DNA of 64,000 bases from an uncultured Acidobacteriota bacterium (GCA_963698725.1 CAVORY010000011.1:446499-510498); one strand, 5' to 3'; positions 9,905 through 19,756 are shown, counted from the stretch's first letter. Numbers and translations are program-made. The notes: generated by a model from the letters alone, not told the origin.

Positions 9905-10263
9905 CGGGTCTTCACCATCTCCGCGATCAAGGCCACCAGACGGGACGGCTGAACGGGCTTGAGGAGAAAGGTCGCCCCCAAACGGGCGGCTTCGGCCACC
10001 AGCACCGGGTCCTCGTAGCCGCTGGTCACGATGACGGCGGGGGCGGGATCGAGGGTGCCGGCCTGCACGACCAGCTGCAGGCCGTTGTACTCGCCGAGGC
10101 GGATGTCGGTGACGAGAACGTCCGGCCTCACGAACGGCAGGAGCCGATGCGCCTCGGCAAAGCTCGACGCGGGCACCGCGCTGAAGCCGGCGTCGTGGAC
10201 GTAGGCGGCCCACCCCGAAAGTGTGGCGGGGTCGTCCTCGGCGATCAGAACCACGTATGACAC
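9901..10263 (-). CDS. Single-domain response regulator (receiver only)
   Basis: VLIAEDD...VLVTDIRLGEYNG...IVTSGY...LLKP receiver pattern. The GTG at 10263 is preceded by GGAG 8 nt upstream. Alternative ATG at 10293. Confidence 0.8.
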   Translation of the reverse strand: MSYVVLIAEDDPATLSGWAAYVHDAGFSAVPASSFAEAHRLLPFVRPDVLVTDIRLGEYNGLQLVVQAGTLDPAPAVIVTSGYEDPVLVAEAARLGATFLLKPVQPSRLVALIAEMVKTR

Positions 10264-10394
10264 GCCTGGTGCTCCGGGACCATTGTCCCACATCTTCGCC
10301 CCGCTTGACTTCCGGCCGCCGATGACGATACTTGCGGAAACACTGAAGAAGCCGCCGGGCTGGGTTCTCACCCACTGTCGGATTCACTGATGCC

Positions 10395-10715
10395 ATGTTC
10401 GTAACGTTGTTCCTGCTCACCGGCGCCGGCGGTATCGTGTTCTGGAACCTGATCGGCGGCCGGTTCGAAGGCGACCGGCCCCACCGATCGCTCCGGATCA
10501 CGATCGGCCGCTTCAGCCTGCACGTTCACCACTGGCTCTACTGCCTCGGGCTGATGGCGCTGTTCCATTCCTGGGACGCCGCCGGCCCGGGCGTCACCGG
10601 GTTCCTGTCCGGGTCCGTCGTCCAGGGCCTCACCTATCGCGACTGGTATCTGCTGGTCTACGACAGGGACAAGGGCGAGGAGATCTACGCTCGATGGCGC
10701 CCGCAGCCCGATTGA
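10395..10715 (+). CDS. Small hypothetical membrane protein
   Basis: 106 aa with two to three hydrophobic segments and good G/C third-position bias. No recognizable family. Confidence 0.5.
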   Translation: MFVTLFLLTGAGGIVFWNLIGGRFEGDRPHRSLRITIGRFSLHVHHWLYCLGLMALFHSWDAAGPGVTGFLSGSVVQGLTYRDWYLLVYDRDKGEEIYARWRPQPD

Positions 10716-11563
10716 TCGCCGCCGCGGTCCTGGCCGCAGTTGTCGGATCGCCCGTCCCCGCCCTGGCGTTCCAGCCGGCGGACGGTCCCGGTCCGCTGGA
10801 CCGCGTCTTTGCGCGGCTCTACAACTTCGACTTCGCCGGAGGCCTCGCCATTCTCGACGAGATGGAACGGGCGGAGCCGCAGAACCCGCTGGTGCCGTCC
10901 ACTCGGGCGGCCGCCTTCCTCTTCATGGAACTCGACCGCATGAAGATCCTCGAGACGCGGTTCTTCATGAGCGACGACAACATGGTGGACGGCTCCTCCA
11001 GGAAGGTGCCGGACCCGGCGGTCCGCGTCAGGCTGGTCGCCTCGCTCGATCGCGCGCGGACCCTCGCCAAGGCCAGGCTGGCCGCGCTGCCGGACGACGT
11101 GGAAGGGCTGTTCGCGCTGTGCATGAGCGCGAGCGTCGAGACCGACTACACCGCCCTCGTCGAACGCCGGACGTGGAGGAGCACGAAGCTGGCATCGGCG
11201 GTGATCGAGCCTGCACGGAAGCTGCTCGCCCGCACGCCGCCGTTCTACGACGTCTACGTCAACTTCGGCGCCCTCGAGTACATCATGGGCGAGCTTCCGT
11301 TCTTCGTACGGTGGTTCGTGCACATCGACGGTGTGAAGGGGAACAAGAGGCAGGGCATCGACCAATTGAAGCTCGCGGCCTACCACGGCCGCTACTACGC
11401 GCCGTTCGCGCGAATCCTGCTGGTCGTGGTCTCGCTGCGCGAGAAGAAGCTCGCCGACGCGGAGGAGCTGCTGGCCGGCCTCGTCAGGGATTTCCCCGAG
11501 AACCCGGTCCTCCGCGACGAACTGGCCAACGTCAGGCAACGGGCACGCCGCGCGGTGAAATAG
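10694..11563 (+). CDS. Hypothetical exported protein
   Basis: 289 aa with a signal-peptide-like N-terminus (AAVLAAVVGSPVPALA) and a helical, non-repetitive body. Coding-like composition. Confidence 0.6.
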   Translation: MAPAARLIAAAVLAAVVGSPVPALAFQPADGPGPLDRVFARLYNFDFAGGLAILDEMERAEPQNPLVPSTRAAAFLFMELDRMKILETRFFMSDDNMVDGSSRKVPDPAVRVRLVASLDRARTLAKARLAALPDDVEGLFALCMSASVETDYTALVERRTWRSTKLASAVIEPARKLLARTPPFYDVYVNFGALEYIMGELPFFVRWFVHIDGVKGNKRQGIDQLKLAAYHGRYYAPFARILLVVVSLREKKLADAEELLAGLVRDFPENPVLRDELANVRQRARRAVK

Positions 11564-11614
11564 CGAGGCGGCGCCTCGGACCGCCCAGCATCCCCGTCGA
11601 CGACGCCCTTCTCG

Positions 11615-13603
11615 CTAGAACGGTAGGCCGAGCGCCGACCTGATGAAGGCCGCGTCGAACGTCAGGAAGAAGACGTAGGCCGCCGCCGCACACCAGAACC
11701 CGACGAGTCCGGCGCGGACGGCCTGCGGGTAGGTTCGAAACGCCGCGGTGCTCAGCGCCAGCATCAGGAACAGCTCGAACGTCCCCCGCTGCCCATTGCC
11801 AACGTGCACCCAGATCGCCGCGAAGTTCAGGCAGATCCCGATGAGCGCGTAGACGAGCGCCGCCACGCTCGTCGCCGACGGCGCCACGAACGCCAGAACG
11901 ACGCTCAGGAGGAAGCCGCCGGCCAGGAGCACGGGGAAGGCGATCGCTGCCCGGGTCAGCTCCGGCGCCCCCCCGTAGTAACGCCCCTCGGCGACGACGC
12001 GCCAGAGATCCGCGATGCCGGCGAACGGCCATCCGAGGTCCGGCGGGTGACTCAGAAGCGCCTGGATGCCCAGGTCCGGAAACAGCACCCACGCCACGTA
12101 GAGCCGCCAGATCGCCATCACGCCGATGGCGAACAGGCCAACGAGAAGGGCCTCGCGGCGCCGGTTCGAGAACATCCCGGCACCGGCCACGCACGCGACA
12201 GCGACGACACCGGTTTCCCTCACCAGCAGCGACACGGCGAAGAACGCCCCCGCGAGCACCCATCGGCCGCGTGAGAAGCTCAGGATCCCGGCCACGATTC
12301 CCGCAGCGGCGACGGCCTCGGGCAGACCGGACTGGAGCGACGGCCAGAATCCCGGGATGAGCACGATCAACAGGCCGAGCGCCGCCGGCGCGCCCCGGTC
12401 CTGTGCAAGCCTCGCCAGCGCGAATGCTGCCAGGGCCAGCGCCGCAAGGATCAACCACACCATCGTCGCCGGGTACCATTGCCAGCGGCCGCCCGACAGC
12501 GCCCGGGCCAGCAGGCTGAAACCGATCCGGCCGTAGCGGTACGCGGGCGAGTCCATCACCAGCCGGTAGGTGGCCGGTGTGTCCCCGAAGGCCCGCAGGA
12601 ACGGGTCGAACGCGGCGAAGTACATGAACTGGCCGTCGTACCCACTGCCCTGCAGCAGGAGTGTGCCGCGGACGTCGTCGCGCGCGTTGAGCAGTGGGTT
12701 GGCGTCGAACGCACTTCGTGCGATCTGCAGGAAGCCGCTGTAGTTGCCCGAGTAGGAATCGCGCAGACGGGCGTTGACGATTCCGAGGAAGACCCCCAGC
12801 ACCAGCGCACCCGCGAGGCCGGCCCGAACCAGCGCCGCCCGTCGATTCGCGGGTTCGGCCTCCCGCCGCACCAACCACCGCCCGGCCACCCAGAGCCGAG
12901 GTGCAAGGAGCACGGCCAGGCACGTCATGAACGTTCGGGTCGGGAGCACGACGCGGTAGGCCGAGATCCACTGCGAGCACTGGCTGATCGCCAGAAGCAG
13001 GATGAGCGCTCCAGCGATCGTCCGGTAGAAGATCCGGGCCCAACGTGACGCCAGACGCGGAGACGGGAGCGTGAGAATCGCCGCCAGCGCCATCCAGAGC
13101 ACAAGGGTCCAGACGGCCGCAGGGCTCACGTAGCGGGTGGAATCCCACGGCAGCACGAACAGGGTCAGCGCGCCGCTCGTGTTGCCGTGGTGCGTCGCCA
13201 GTTCGAGATACTCGAGCGTCCACGGCGTCAACGGACCCGAAACGACCACCTCGCGGTCGGCCGCAGCCGCCTCGCCAGCCGTCACGGCGCAGTCCACACG
13301 CCGCGAGGCGCCGCCCTCGACGTCCCGTTCGCACGCCTGCGAGCCGTCGAACGAGACCCTCACGCGCTGGCTGCCGGCGGCCGCCGACTTGATCCTGGCA
13401 ATCACCGCGAACGGCGGACGGAGGCCCTTCAATTGCGGAAAGCCGGCCGTCGTCACCCGCACGGTCCCGTCGACCGCCGGGACCGGCGCCTGCAAGACCT
13501 TCGCCCTGACCGGGCGGAACTCGACGAAGACGTGGGTGTGAAAGACCAGCGCGGCCAGGGCTGCAAGCGCCAGCGCGCGCAGGACTCGAAGGGGGCTGCT
13601 CAC
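11615..13603 (-). CDS. Polytopic integral membrane protein (more than 10 TM; GT-C/oligosaccharyl-transferase-like topology, unassigned)
   Basis: About 663 aa from the GTG at 13603 (VSSPLRVLRALALAALAAL). Soluble N-terminal domain followed by many TM helices. The ORF portion upstream of 13603 merely reads through the 33-bp tandem repeat. Confidence 0.7.
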   Translation of the reverse strand: MSSPLRVLRALALAALAALVFHTHVFVEFRPVRAKVLQAPVPAVDGTVRVTTAGFPQLKGLRPPFAVIARIKSAAAGSQRVRVSFDGSQACERDVEGGASRRVDCAVTAGEAAAADREVVVSGPLTPWTLEYLELATHHGNTSGALTLFVLPWDSTRYVSPAAVWTLVLWMALAAILTLPSPRLASRWARIFYRTIAGALILLLAISQCSQWISAYRVVLPTRTFMTCLAVLLAPRLWVAGRWLVRREAEPANRRAALVRAGLAGALVLGVFLGIVNARLRDSYSGNYSGFLQIARSAFDANPLLNARDDVRGTLLLQGSGYDGQFMYFAAFDPFLRAFGDTPATYRLVMDSPAYRYGRIGFSLLARALSGGRWQWYPATMVWLILAALALAAFALARLAQDRGAPAALGLLIVLIPGFWPSLQSGLPEAVAAAGIVAGILSFSRGRWVLAGAFFAVSLLVRETGVVAVACVAGAGMFSNRRREALLVGLFAIGVMAIWRLYVAWVLFPDLGIQALLSHPPDLGWPFAGIADLWRVVAEGRYYGGAPELTRAAIAFPVLLAGGFLLSVVLAFVAPSATSVAALVYALIGICLNFAAIWVHVGNGQRGTFELFLMLALSTAAFRTYPQAVRAGLVGFWCAAAAYVFFLTFDAAFIRSALGLPF

Positions 13604-13644
13604 GGGAAGCCACTCTACCACAGCGGGACCGGCCTGCCGCCGGC

Positions 13645-13809
13645 ACGGCCTGCCTCGCCGAAGCTGCCTGGCAGCGAACGGCCTGCCTCGCCGAAGCTGC
13701 CTGGCAGCGAACGGCCTGCCTCGCCGAAGCTGCCTGGCAGCGAACGGCTTGCCTCGCCGAAGCTGCCTGGCAGCGAACGGCCTGCCTCGCCGCAGCTGCC
13801 TGGCAGCGA
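13645..13809. repeat. Tandem repeat, 5 x 33 bp (ACGGCCTGCCTCGCCGAAGCTGCCTGGCAGCGA)
   Basis: Five head-to-tail copies with 0-2 mismatches. Each contains the palindrome GCTGCC-T-GGCAGC. Lies in the divergent intergenic region between starts at 13603 (-) and 13871 (+). Confidence 0.95.
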
Positions 13810-13870
13810 AGGCGGGAGGCCGGCGCAAGAATCGGCGGGCTCCTCGTTCCAGGTGACAGAAGGAGGTCGC

Positions 13871-14674
13871 ATGAACCGAGCCCGTCGCATCGCCGCCGCC
13901 ATGTCCGCTCTGGCCGCACTGACAGTCGTTCCATCCGCTCTCAATGCCTCCCGCCCGCCCGTCACCGGCACCGTCGAAGTCGTCGTCGAGGGCCGGGCGC
14001 TCCCCGAGTACCGTGCGCACGGCACCCGCTACGTCGAGGCTTTCAAAGGCAAGGAATACGCCATCCGCCTGCACAACCCGTTCGACGTGCGGGTGGCTGT
14101 GGCGCTGTCGGTCGACGGCCTGAGCACGATCGACGCGCGGCACACGACGGCCGCCGCCGCGCGCAAGTGGGTCATCGGCCCCCACGAGACGATCACGATC
14201 TCTGGCTGGCAGACCTCGATGGCGCAGGCCCGGAGATTCTTCTTCACCACCGAGGACCAGTCATACGCCCAACGGCTCGGCCAGCCGGAGAACCAGGGGG
14301 TGATCAGCGCGGTGTTCTTCAAGGAGCGGGCGCCCGTCCACGTCGTGCCGCTCGCTCAGAACAGCGCGGCCGACGACTCGTCGCGCCAGCGGCCGGCGCC
14401 GGCTGGAGCTGCCGGAAAGGCCGAATCGCAGGCAGCCCGCGCCGCCGAAGAGTACGCCGCTACCGGCATCGGCGAACGGACAGATCATGCGGTCGAGATC
14501 GTGCACCTGAACCTCGAATCCAGGCCCGCGGCGACCATCGACATCCGCTACGAGTACCGTTCGCAACTGGTCCGGCTCGGCATTCTCCCGGACCGTCCGG
14601 CGGCGCCCGATCCCCTCTCGCGCCGCCAGAACGCCCACGGGTTCGACAAGGGCTTCTGCCCGGACATTCGGTAG
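13871..14674 (+). CDS. Hypothetical secreted protein
   Basis: ATG preceded by AGGAGG. Signal peptide MNRARRIAAAMSALAALTVVPSALNA. 267 aa with no family recognized. Confidence 0.65.
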   Translation: MNRARRIAAAMSALAALTVVPSALNASRPPVTGTVEVVVEGRALPEYRAHGTRYVEAFKGKEYAIRLHNPFDVRVAVALSVDGLSTIDARHTTAAAARKWVIGPHETITISGWQTSMAQARRFFFTTEDQSYAQRLGQPENQGVISAVFFKERAPVHVVPLAQNSAADDSSRQRPAPAGAAGKAESQAARAAEEYAATGIGERTDHAVEIVHLNLESRPAATIDIRYEYRSQLVRLGILPDRPAAPDPLSRRQNAHGFDKGFCPDIR

Positions 14675-14677
14675 GAA

Positions 14678-14729
14678 AGGGCTCAGGGCTCAAGGCTCAG
14701 GGCTCAGGGCTCAAGGCTTTGGGCTCAGG
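14678..14729. repeat. Heptanucleotide tandem repeat, about 7 units of (A/G)GGCT(C/T)A
   Basis: AGGGCTC AGGGCTC AAGGCTC AGGGCTC AGGGCTC AAGGCTT TGGGCTC, starting 4 nt after the stop at 14674. Confidence 0.9.
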
Positions 14730-14913
14730 CACGCTAGCCGCACGCCTGGATCCAAATCGCCCGGTCCGTGATACCGTGTCTCTGCCCCGGCGAGCCCTCG
14801 CCGAAGCGCTTCGCGCGAAGGCGGGCGGCCCCGCGCGAAGGCTCACGTGTGGCGCGGGGCTTCAGCCCCGCGATTCCCGCGCGTGTACTGGGCGGTCATC
14901 AAGGAGATTGGCG

Positions 14914-16668
14914 ATGCGGAGACGAGGCCTGTTCATGCTCGGGTTCATCCTGCTGGCGGTTGGCCTGATCGGCGCGGCAAGCTCGCAGGACGTGCAGAAA
15001 CCGTCGGCCGTGCAGGGAGCCCTGCCCGACGAGTGGCTCGGCAAGAAGATCTGCGGCTACCCCCGCCCCGAGGGTGTGCCGGTTGAAGTCTGGGAGAACG
15101 CCTGCGAAGCGTGCACGTCGGTGCCCACCAGCCCCGAGACGTCCGCGGACGGCACGCTGACCAGCCATTCCTGCGACGGCGGCTACGAGATCCGGATCAA
15201 GGTCGTGCCCGGCAGGTCCTACCCGGCTGGCGCCAAGCGCGACATCATGAAGGGCGGCGGCCTCGGCGAAGAGAAGCCGCCGGAGCGCCAGGAGCGCAAG
15301 GTCGGGGACATGCCGCAGGTGGCGCAGACCTTCACCCGCTACGACGCGTCGTACCCGTTCATGAACGAGAAGGGCGTCATCATCGGCGAGACGACGATCG
15401 GCGGCCGCCGCGAACTCTACAACGACGAAGGCCTGATGGACATCATGGAGCTCGAGCGGATTGCGCTCGAGCGCGCGTCCACGGCCCGCGAGGCGATCGC
15501 CATCATGGGCGAGATGGCCGAGAAGTACGGCTACGGCGACAGCGGCGAGTGCCTGACGATCGGCGACGCCAAGGAGGTCTGGCAGTTCGAGATCTTCGGG
15601 CCGGGCCCGGCCGAACAGGGCGCCGTCTGGGCCGCCAAGCGGATCCCGCCGGGCGAAGTCGGCGTCTCGGCCAACCGCTCCCGCATCACGACGCTCACCA
15701 GCGACCCGAACTTCACGATGTACTCGAAGAACGTCTACACCGTGGCCGAATCGATGGGTTGGTGGAAGAAGGGCGACCCGTTCCTCTTCAACCGGATCTT
15801 CGGCATGTCCGGCGCGCCGACGCCGAACCGCCGCGAGTGGCGCGTGCTCAGCATCCTGGCCCCGTCGCTGAAGCTCGATCCATGGGCGGGTGAGCAGCCG
15901 TTCTCGGTGAAGCCCGACAAGAAGGTCACGGTCCGCGACCTGATGGCGATCCATCGCGACATCTACCAGGGGACCGAGTTCGACCAGACCAAGGGCCCGC
16001 TCGCCGGCCCGTTCGGCACGCCGAACCGCTGGTCGATGCCGCAGGGCTACCGGGGGACACCCGGCTACTCGGCGACCGAGCGGATGATCGCCGTCCACCA
16101 GTGCTCCTACGTGACCGTCCTGCAGGCGCGCGCCAACATGCCGCCATGGCTCGGGAGCCTGGCGTGGTTCGCGCCCGACGACGCGAAGACGTCGGTCTTC
16201 ACGCCGCTCTACGCCGGCAATTTCAAGGTGCCCGCGGCGTACGAGATCGGCCGGCGCGACCGCTTCGATCGCAACTCGTTCTTCTGGGCCGCGAACTTCA
16301 TCGGCAACTGGGCGAACCTGAACTGGAGCGGGATGATGCAGGACATCCGCGCCAGGCAGGCCGAGATCGAGAACAAGCTGTTCGCCGACCAGCCGGTGAT
16401 CGAGAGACTCGCCCTCGAGATGTCCAAGACCGAGCCGGACCGCGCGCGCGTGTTCATCAGCGACTACTCGAACCGCGTGGCGCAGGAGAACTACATGAAG
16501 TGGTGGGAGCTGGCCGACAAGCTCGTCACCGACTATCAGGACGGCGGGTCGCGCACGTCCGGCGCCAAACGGTCGATCCCGGCCGACTGGCTCGAGAAGC
16601 AGGGGCCGTTCGGCACCAAGCTCCCGGAAACGCCGGCGAAGAAGGTCGAACAGCCCGTGAAGAAGTAG
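14914..16668 (+). CDS. C69-family dipeptidase, secreted
   Basis: AAGGAG RBS and a signal peptide. Candidate N-terminal nucleophile Cys context (ACEACTSV...SADGT), then YPFMNEKGVIIGETT and ...ECLTIGDAKEVWQFEI, typical of peptidase C69. Confidence 0.8.
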   Translation: MRRRGLFMLGFILLAVGLIGAASSQDVQKPSAVQGALPDEWLGKKICGYPRPEGVPVEVWENACEACTSVPTSPETSADGTLTSHSCDGGYEIRIKVVPGRSYPAGAKRDIMKGGGLGEEKPPERQERKVGDMPQVAQTFTRYDASYPFMNEKGVIIGETTIGGRRELYNDEGLMDIMELERIALERASTAREAIAIMGEMAEKYGYGDSGECLTIGDAKEVWQFEIFGPGPAEQGAVWAAKRIPPGEVGVSANRSRITTLTSDPNFTMYSKNVYTVAESMGWWKKGDPFLFNRIFGMSGAPTPNRREWRVLSILAPSLKLDPWAGEQPFSVKPDKKVTVRDLMAIHRDIYQGTEFDQTKGPLAGPFGTPNRWSMPQGYRGTPGYSATERMIAVHQCSYVTVLQARANMPPWLGSLAWFAPDDAKTSVFTPLYAGNFKVPAAYEIGRRDRFDRNSFFWAANFIGNWANLNWSGMMQDIRARQAEIENKLFADQPVIERLALEMSKTEPDRARVFISDYSNRVAQENYMKWWELADKLVTDYQDGGSRTSGAKRSIPADWLEKQGPFGTKLPETPAKKVEQPVKK

Positions 16669-16752
16669 ACGAGGCGGCTGTCCTGGCGGGCGCCACTCCG
16701 GCTCCCGCCAGGATTCCGCCGTCGCTCGACCGGCGGTAGCCGCACGACCGCC

Positions 16753-17736
16753 ATGCCCGCGAACCTCACCCCGGAATACAAGCGCGCCGAGGAACGCTAC
16801 CGGACCGCGAAGAGCCCGGAGGAGCGCCTCGACGCGCTCGAGGAAATGCTGCGCGTCGTCCCGAAACACAAGGGGACCGACGGGCTGCAGGGAGACCTCA
16901 AGGCCCGCATCTCGAAGCTCCGCAAGCAGCCGGCCAGCAAGACCGGCAGAAGCACGTTCAGCCACATGATCCCGCGCGAGGGCGCGGGGCAGGTGGCGCT
17001 GGTCGGCCCGCCGAACTCCGGCAAGTCGGCGCTGGTCGCCGCGCTGACCCGCGCCACGCCCGAGGTCGCCGACTATCCCTTCACGACGCGCGAGGCGACG
17101 CCCGGCATGATGCGCTTCGAACGGATCGCCATCCAGTTGCTCGACCTGCCGGCGTTGTCGCGCCAGCACGTGGAACCCTGGGTGTTCGACCTCGTCCGGC
17201 TGGCCGACCTGTGCTGGATCGTCGTGGACGGCCGGTGGCCGATCGAGGGGCTCGACGAAACGCTGGCGATCCTCGCAGACCGGCACATCGGGATTCGGCC
17301 CGCCGGCGACGATCTGTCGGTCCGCGATCTCGAGCGCGTCGTACGCCCCACCCTGCTCGTCGTCACCGGCGTCGACCGAGCGGAGGTTGGCGAATCGCTC
17401 GACACGCTCGACGAACTGCTGGAGCGCCGCTGGCCGATCTGCCCCGTCTCGGCCGTCACGCGCGCCGGCCTCGACGCGCTGCCGGCCCGGACGTTCGATG
17501 CGCTCGGTATCATCCGCATCTACACGAAGCAGCCAGGCAAGCCGGTCGACCCCAACGGCACGCCGTTCACGCTGCCGCGCGGCGCGACGGTCGAGGATCT
17601 CGCGGTGCGGATCCACAAGGACCTGCTGGCCAACATGACGTTCGCGCGCGCGTGGGGCGCCAACGTCTTCGACGGCCAGACGGTTCACCGCGACCACGTT
17701 CTCTCGGACGGCGACATCGTCGAGATTCACGAGTAG
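16753..17736 (+). CDS. Obg/DRG-like GTPase with C-terminal TGS domain
   Basis: G1 GPPNSGKS, G2 YPFTT, and a TGS-like C-terminus ending DGDIVEIHE. Confidence 0.85.
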   Translation: MPANLTPEYKRAEERYRTAKSPEERLDALEEMLRVVPKHKGTDGLQGDLKARISKLRKQPASKTGRSTFSHMIPREGAGQVALVGPPNSGKSALVAALTRATPEVADYPFTTREATPGMMRFERIAIQLLDLPALSRQHVEPWVFDLVRLADLCWIVVDGRWPIEGLDETLAILADRHIGIRPAGDDLSVRDLERVVRPTLLVVTGVDRAEVGESLDTLDELLERRWPICPVSAVTRAGLDALPARTFDALGIIRIYTKQPGKPVDPNGTPFTLPRGATVEDLAVRIHKDLLANMTFARAWGANVFDGQTVHRDHVLSDGDIVEIHE

Positions 17737-17761
17737 CGGTATGATCTGGGAGGAGGGCCCC

Positions 17762-18076
17762 ATGCAGATCCAGGTGCACGCGGACAGCAGCGTCAAGGCT
17801 GGCCAGCACGTCGCCGGCGCGGCGGAAGCAGCCGTCGAAGGTGCCGTTCAGCGCTGGGTCCGGAGAATCACGCGCGTCGAGGTCCACCTCAGCGACGTCA
17901 ACCGCCACAAGGGCGGGGCCCAGGACAAGCGCTGCGTCATGGAGGCGCGGCTCGGCGGCCTCGAACCGATCGTGGTCACCCATACGGCCGCAACGCTGTC
18001 CGACGCGATCGACGGCGCCGCCGCGAAACTGCAGAAGACGCTCCAGACCACGCTCGGCCGGCTGAGCGAGCGCTGA
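17762..18076 (+). CDS. HPF/RaiA-family ribosome-associated protein (short form)
   Basis: GGAGG RBS. 104 aa beginning MQIQVHADS..., with a beta-alpha-beta-beta-beta-alpha style pattern and a ...AIDGAAAKLQKTL helix. Confidence 0.6.
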   Translation: MQIQVHADSSVKAGQHVAGAAEAAVEGAVQRWVRRITRVEVHLSDVNRHKGGAQDKRCVMEARLGGLEPIVVTHTAATLSDAIDGAAAKLQKTLQTTLGRLSER

Positions 18077-18111
18077 CGTGCGCCGCCGAGACCGGATGCT
18101 ATGATGGACGC

Positions 18112-18738
18112 GTGTTGAAGGCGCCGCTCGCGGCGATCGTTCTCCTGCTTGCCCTCGGCTCGGCGGCCTCGGCGCAGAACGACTCGGTCGTCGGCGTCGG
18201 CGGCGGTGTGGCGTTCCACGCCGCCACGGACCCGAACGTCGAGTCGCGGCCGGGTTGGGGCCTCGTCGGCCGGCTCCGCCGCGGCACGGGGCTCGGGTTC
18301 TCGCTCGGCATGGGCTGGTATACCTCCGACGTCCGCGCCGGCGTCGAAGGAGAGATCGTGCCGCTCGGCGCCGTCACCGTACGGCCGGTGATGGTCGGTG
18401 CCTCCTACACCCGGCAGTTCGCGCGCTTCGGGCTGACGGCCGGGCTCGTCGGCGGCTGGTCGTTCAATTCGGTGGAGCAGACGCCCGCCCAGCAGAAGGC
18501 CTACGGCGAAGCGATCGGCATGCCTGACGCGCGCCTGTCCGCCTCGAACGGCTGGGCGGCCAGGCCGTCGGTCACCTTCTGGTACGAGCTCGGCAACCAC
18601 TTCGGGGCGTATGCCTCGGTTGGCTACGCGATGGTCCGGACGACGGTCACGGCCAGCGGCGCTGCCGGGCAGCGGGGCGACGCTGTCAATCTCAGCGGCG
18701 GTGTCGTGTCGTTCGGCCTTGCGTACGGAGTGTTCTAG
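18112..18738 (+). CDS. Outer-membrane beta-barrel protein (OmpW/porin-like small barrel)
   Basis: Signal peptide ending ASAQ, alternating beta-strand pattern, aromatic C-terminal residue (AYGVF). Confidence 0.7.
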   Translation: MLKAPLAAIVLLLALGSAASAQNDSVVGVGGGVAFHAATDPNVESRPGWGLVGRLRRGTGLGFSLGMGWYTSDVRAGVEGEIVPLGAVTVRPVMVGASYTRQFARFGLTAGLVGGWSFNSVEQTPAQQKAYGEAIGMPDARLSASNGWAARPSVTFWYELGNHFGAYASVGYAMVRTTVTASGAAGQRGDAVNLSGGVVSFGLAYGVF

Positions 18739-18756
18739 CAGAGAGGAGTTCTTCGA

Positions 18757-19251
18757 ATGGCGATCAAAGACGCCCTGTTGCCCGAGTTCGATCACGAGAT
18801 GCAGGTGACGCGCAAGGTGCTCGCGCGCGTGCCCGACGAGAAGTTCGGCTGGAAGCCGCACGACAAGTCGATGACGCTCGGAAGGCTCGCCACTCATATC
18901 GCCCAGATCCCGGGCTGGGTCAAAGAGACGCTCGTCCAGGACAGTGTCGACATCGGCGCCGGTTTCAAGCCCACCGATCTCGCGACACGCGACGAGGTGC
19001 TCGCCAGGTTCGACGCGCTGGTGGCGTCCGGCCGGGCCATCATCGAGGGGACCACCGACGGGCAGTTCATGTCGCCGTGGACGCTGAAGGACAAGGGCCA
19101 GGAAGTCTTCACGATGCCCAAGGTCGCCGTCGTCAGGGCCTGGGTGTTCAACCACGCGGTTCACCACCGCGGCCAGATGAGCGTCTACCTTCGGCTGAAC
19201 GACGTGCCCGTACCGTCGATCTACGGCCCGAGCGCCGACGAAGCGAACTGA
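18757..19251 (+). CDS. DinB-family protein
   Basis: GAGAGGAG RBS. Four-helix DinB pattern with His residues (LATHIAQ..., NHAVHHRGQMSVYLR). Confidence 0.8.
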   Translation: MAIKDALLPEFDHEMQVTRKVLARVPDEKFGWKPHDKSMTLGRLATHIAQIPGWVKETLVQDSVDIGAGFKPTDLATRDEVLARFDALVASGRAIIEGTTDGQFMSPWTLKDKGQEVFTMPKVAVVRAWVFNHAVHHRGQMSVYLRLNDVPVPSIYGPSADEAN

Positions 19252-19370
19252 CCGGGTGCAGGGCCCCATCGTCTCCCCCACACGCGGCCCGTGGCGGGAT
19301 GCTACACCTTTATCAGTCCGCAAGCCCGAGGCCTGTTGGATAATCCACCGACCCGATAAGCCGACAGAAC

Positions 19371-19404
19371 GACTGAACAAGTCGACTGAACAAGTCGATT
19401 GACA
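19371..19404 (+). promoter_or_regulatory. Tandem 13-mer GACTGAACAAGTC x2 abutting a TTGACA hexamer; candidate operator/-35 region upstream of the hydrogenase operon
   Basis: Exact direct duplication at 19371-19383 and 19384-19396, with TTGACA at 19399-19404. Lies in a 505-bp leader that looks AT-richer by eye. The -10 is weak (CACACT 17 nt downstream). Confidence 0.3.
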
Positions 19405-19756
19405 TCGGGCCGAGTCGGCCCCACACTACGCGTGGCGTCCCGGCCGACCGTCCTCGACGGGTGGGACGCTTCCGGGCGTTTGACACGAAGTCGGGTTCGT
19501 CGTCAGACCTCGTGCACGGCTAGACGGACTACGCGGGAACTTGACTCATTCGCGGCGGCTTCGACTGTTCGACACGTTCAGGGTCGAGGTGGAGTTTCGC
19601 GGCAAGCGGTTCCGGTTGGCGCGTGGCCTCATTCCAGTTTTTCGCATCAGGCCGGCCACTGCCGTCGCGCTCCTGCCTTCCGATCCTGCAAGCGGTCGCG
19701 TTCGTTGAGGAAGCGGTGTGTGCGCGGCCTGCCCACGGCCGCGAGGAGAACCGATC

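Noticed and set aside
9905-10501. N-terminal extension of the second ADOP permease ORF to 10501 (1027 aa)
   Set aside because: The extension overlaps the well-supported response-regulator gene in another frame and is R/P/G-rich junk. The family-typical N-terminus begins at the GTG at 9904.
13645-13809. Possible CRISPR array (33-bp direct repeats); the same question applies to the 39-bp array at 30599-30793
   Set aside because: The units are strictly head-to-tail with no unique spacers, and no cas genes are in the window. These are plain tandem repeats.
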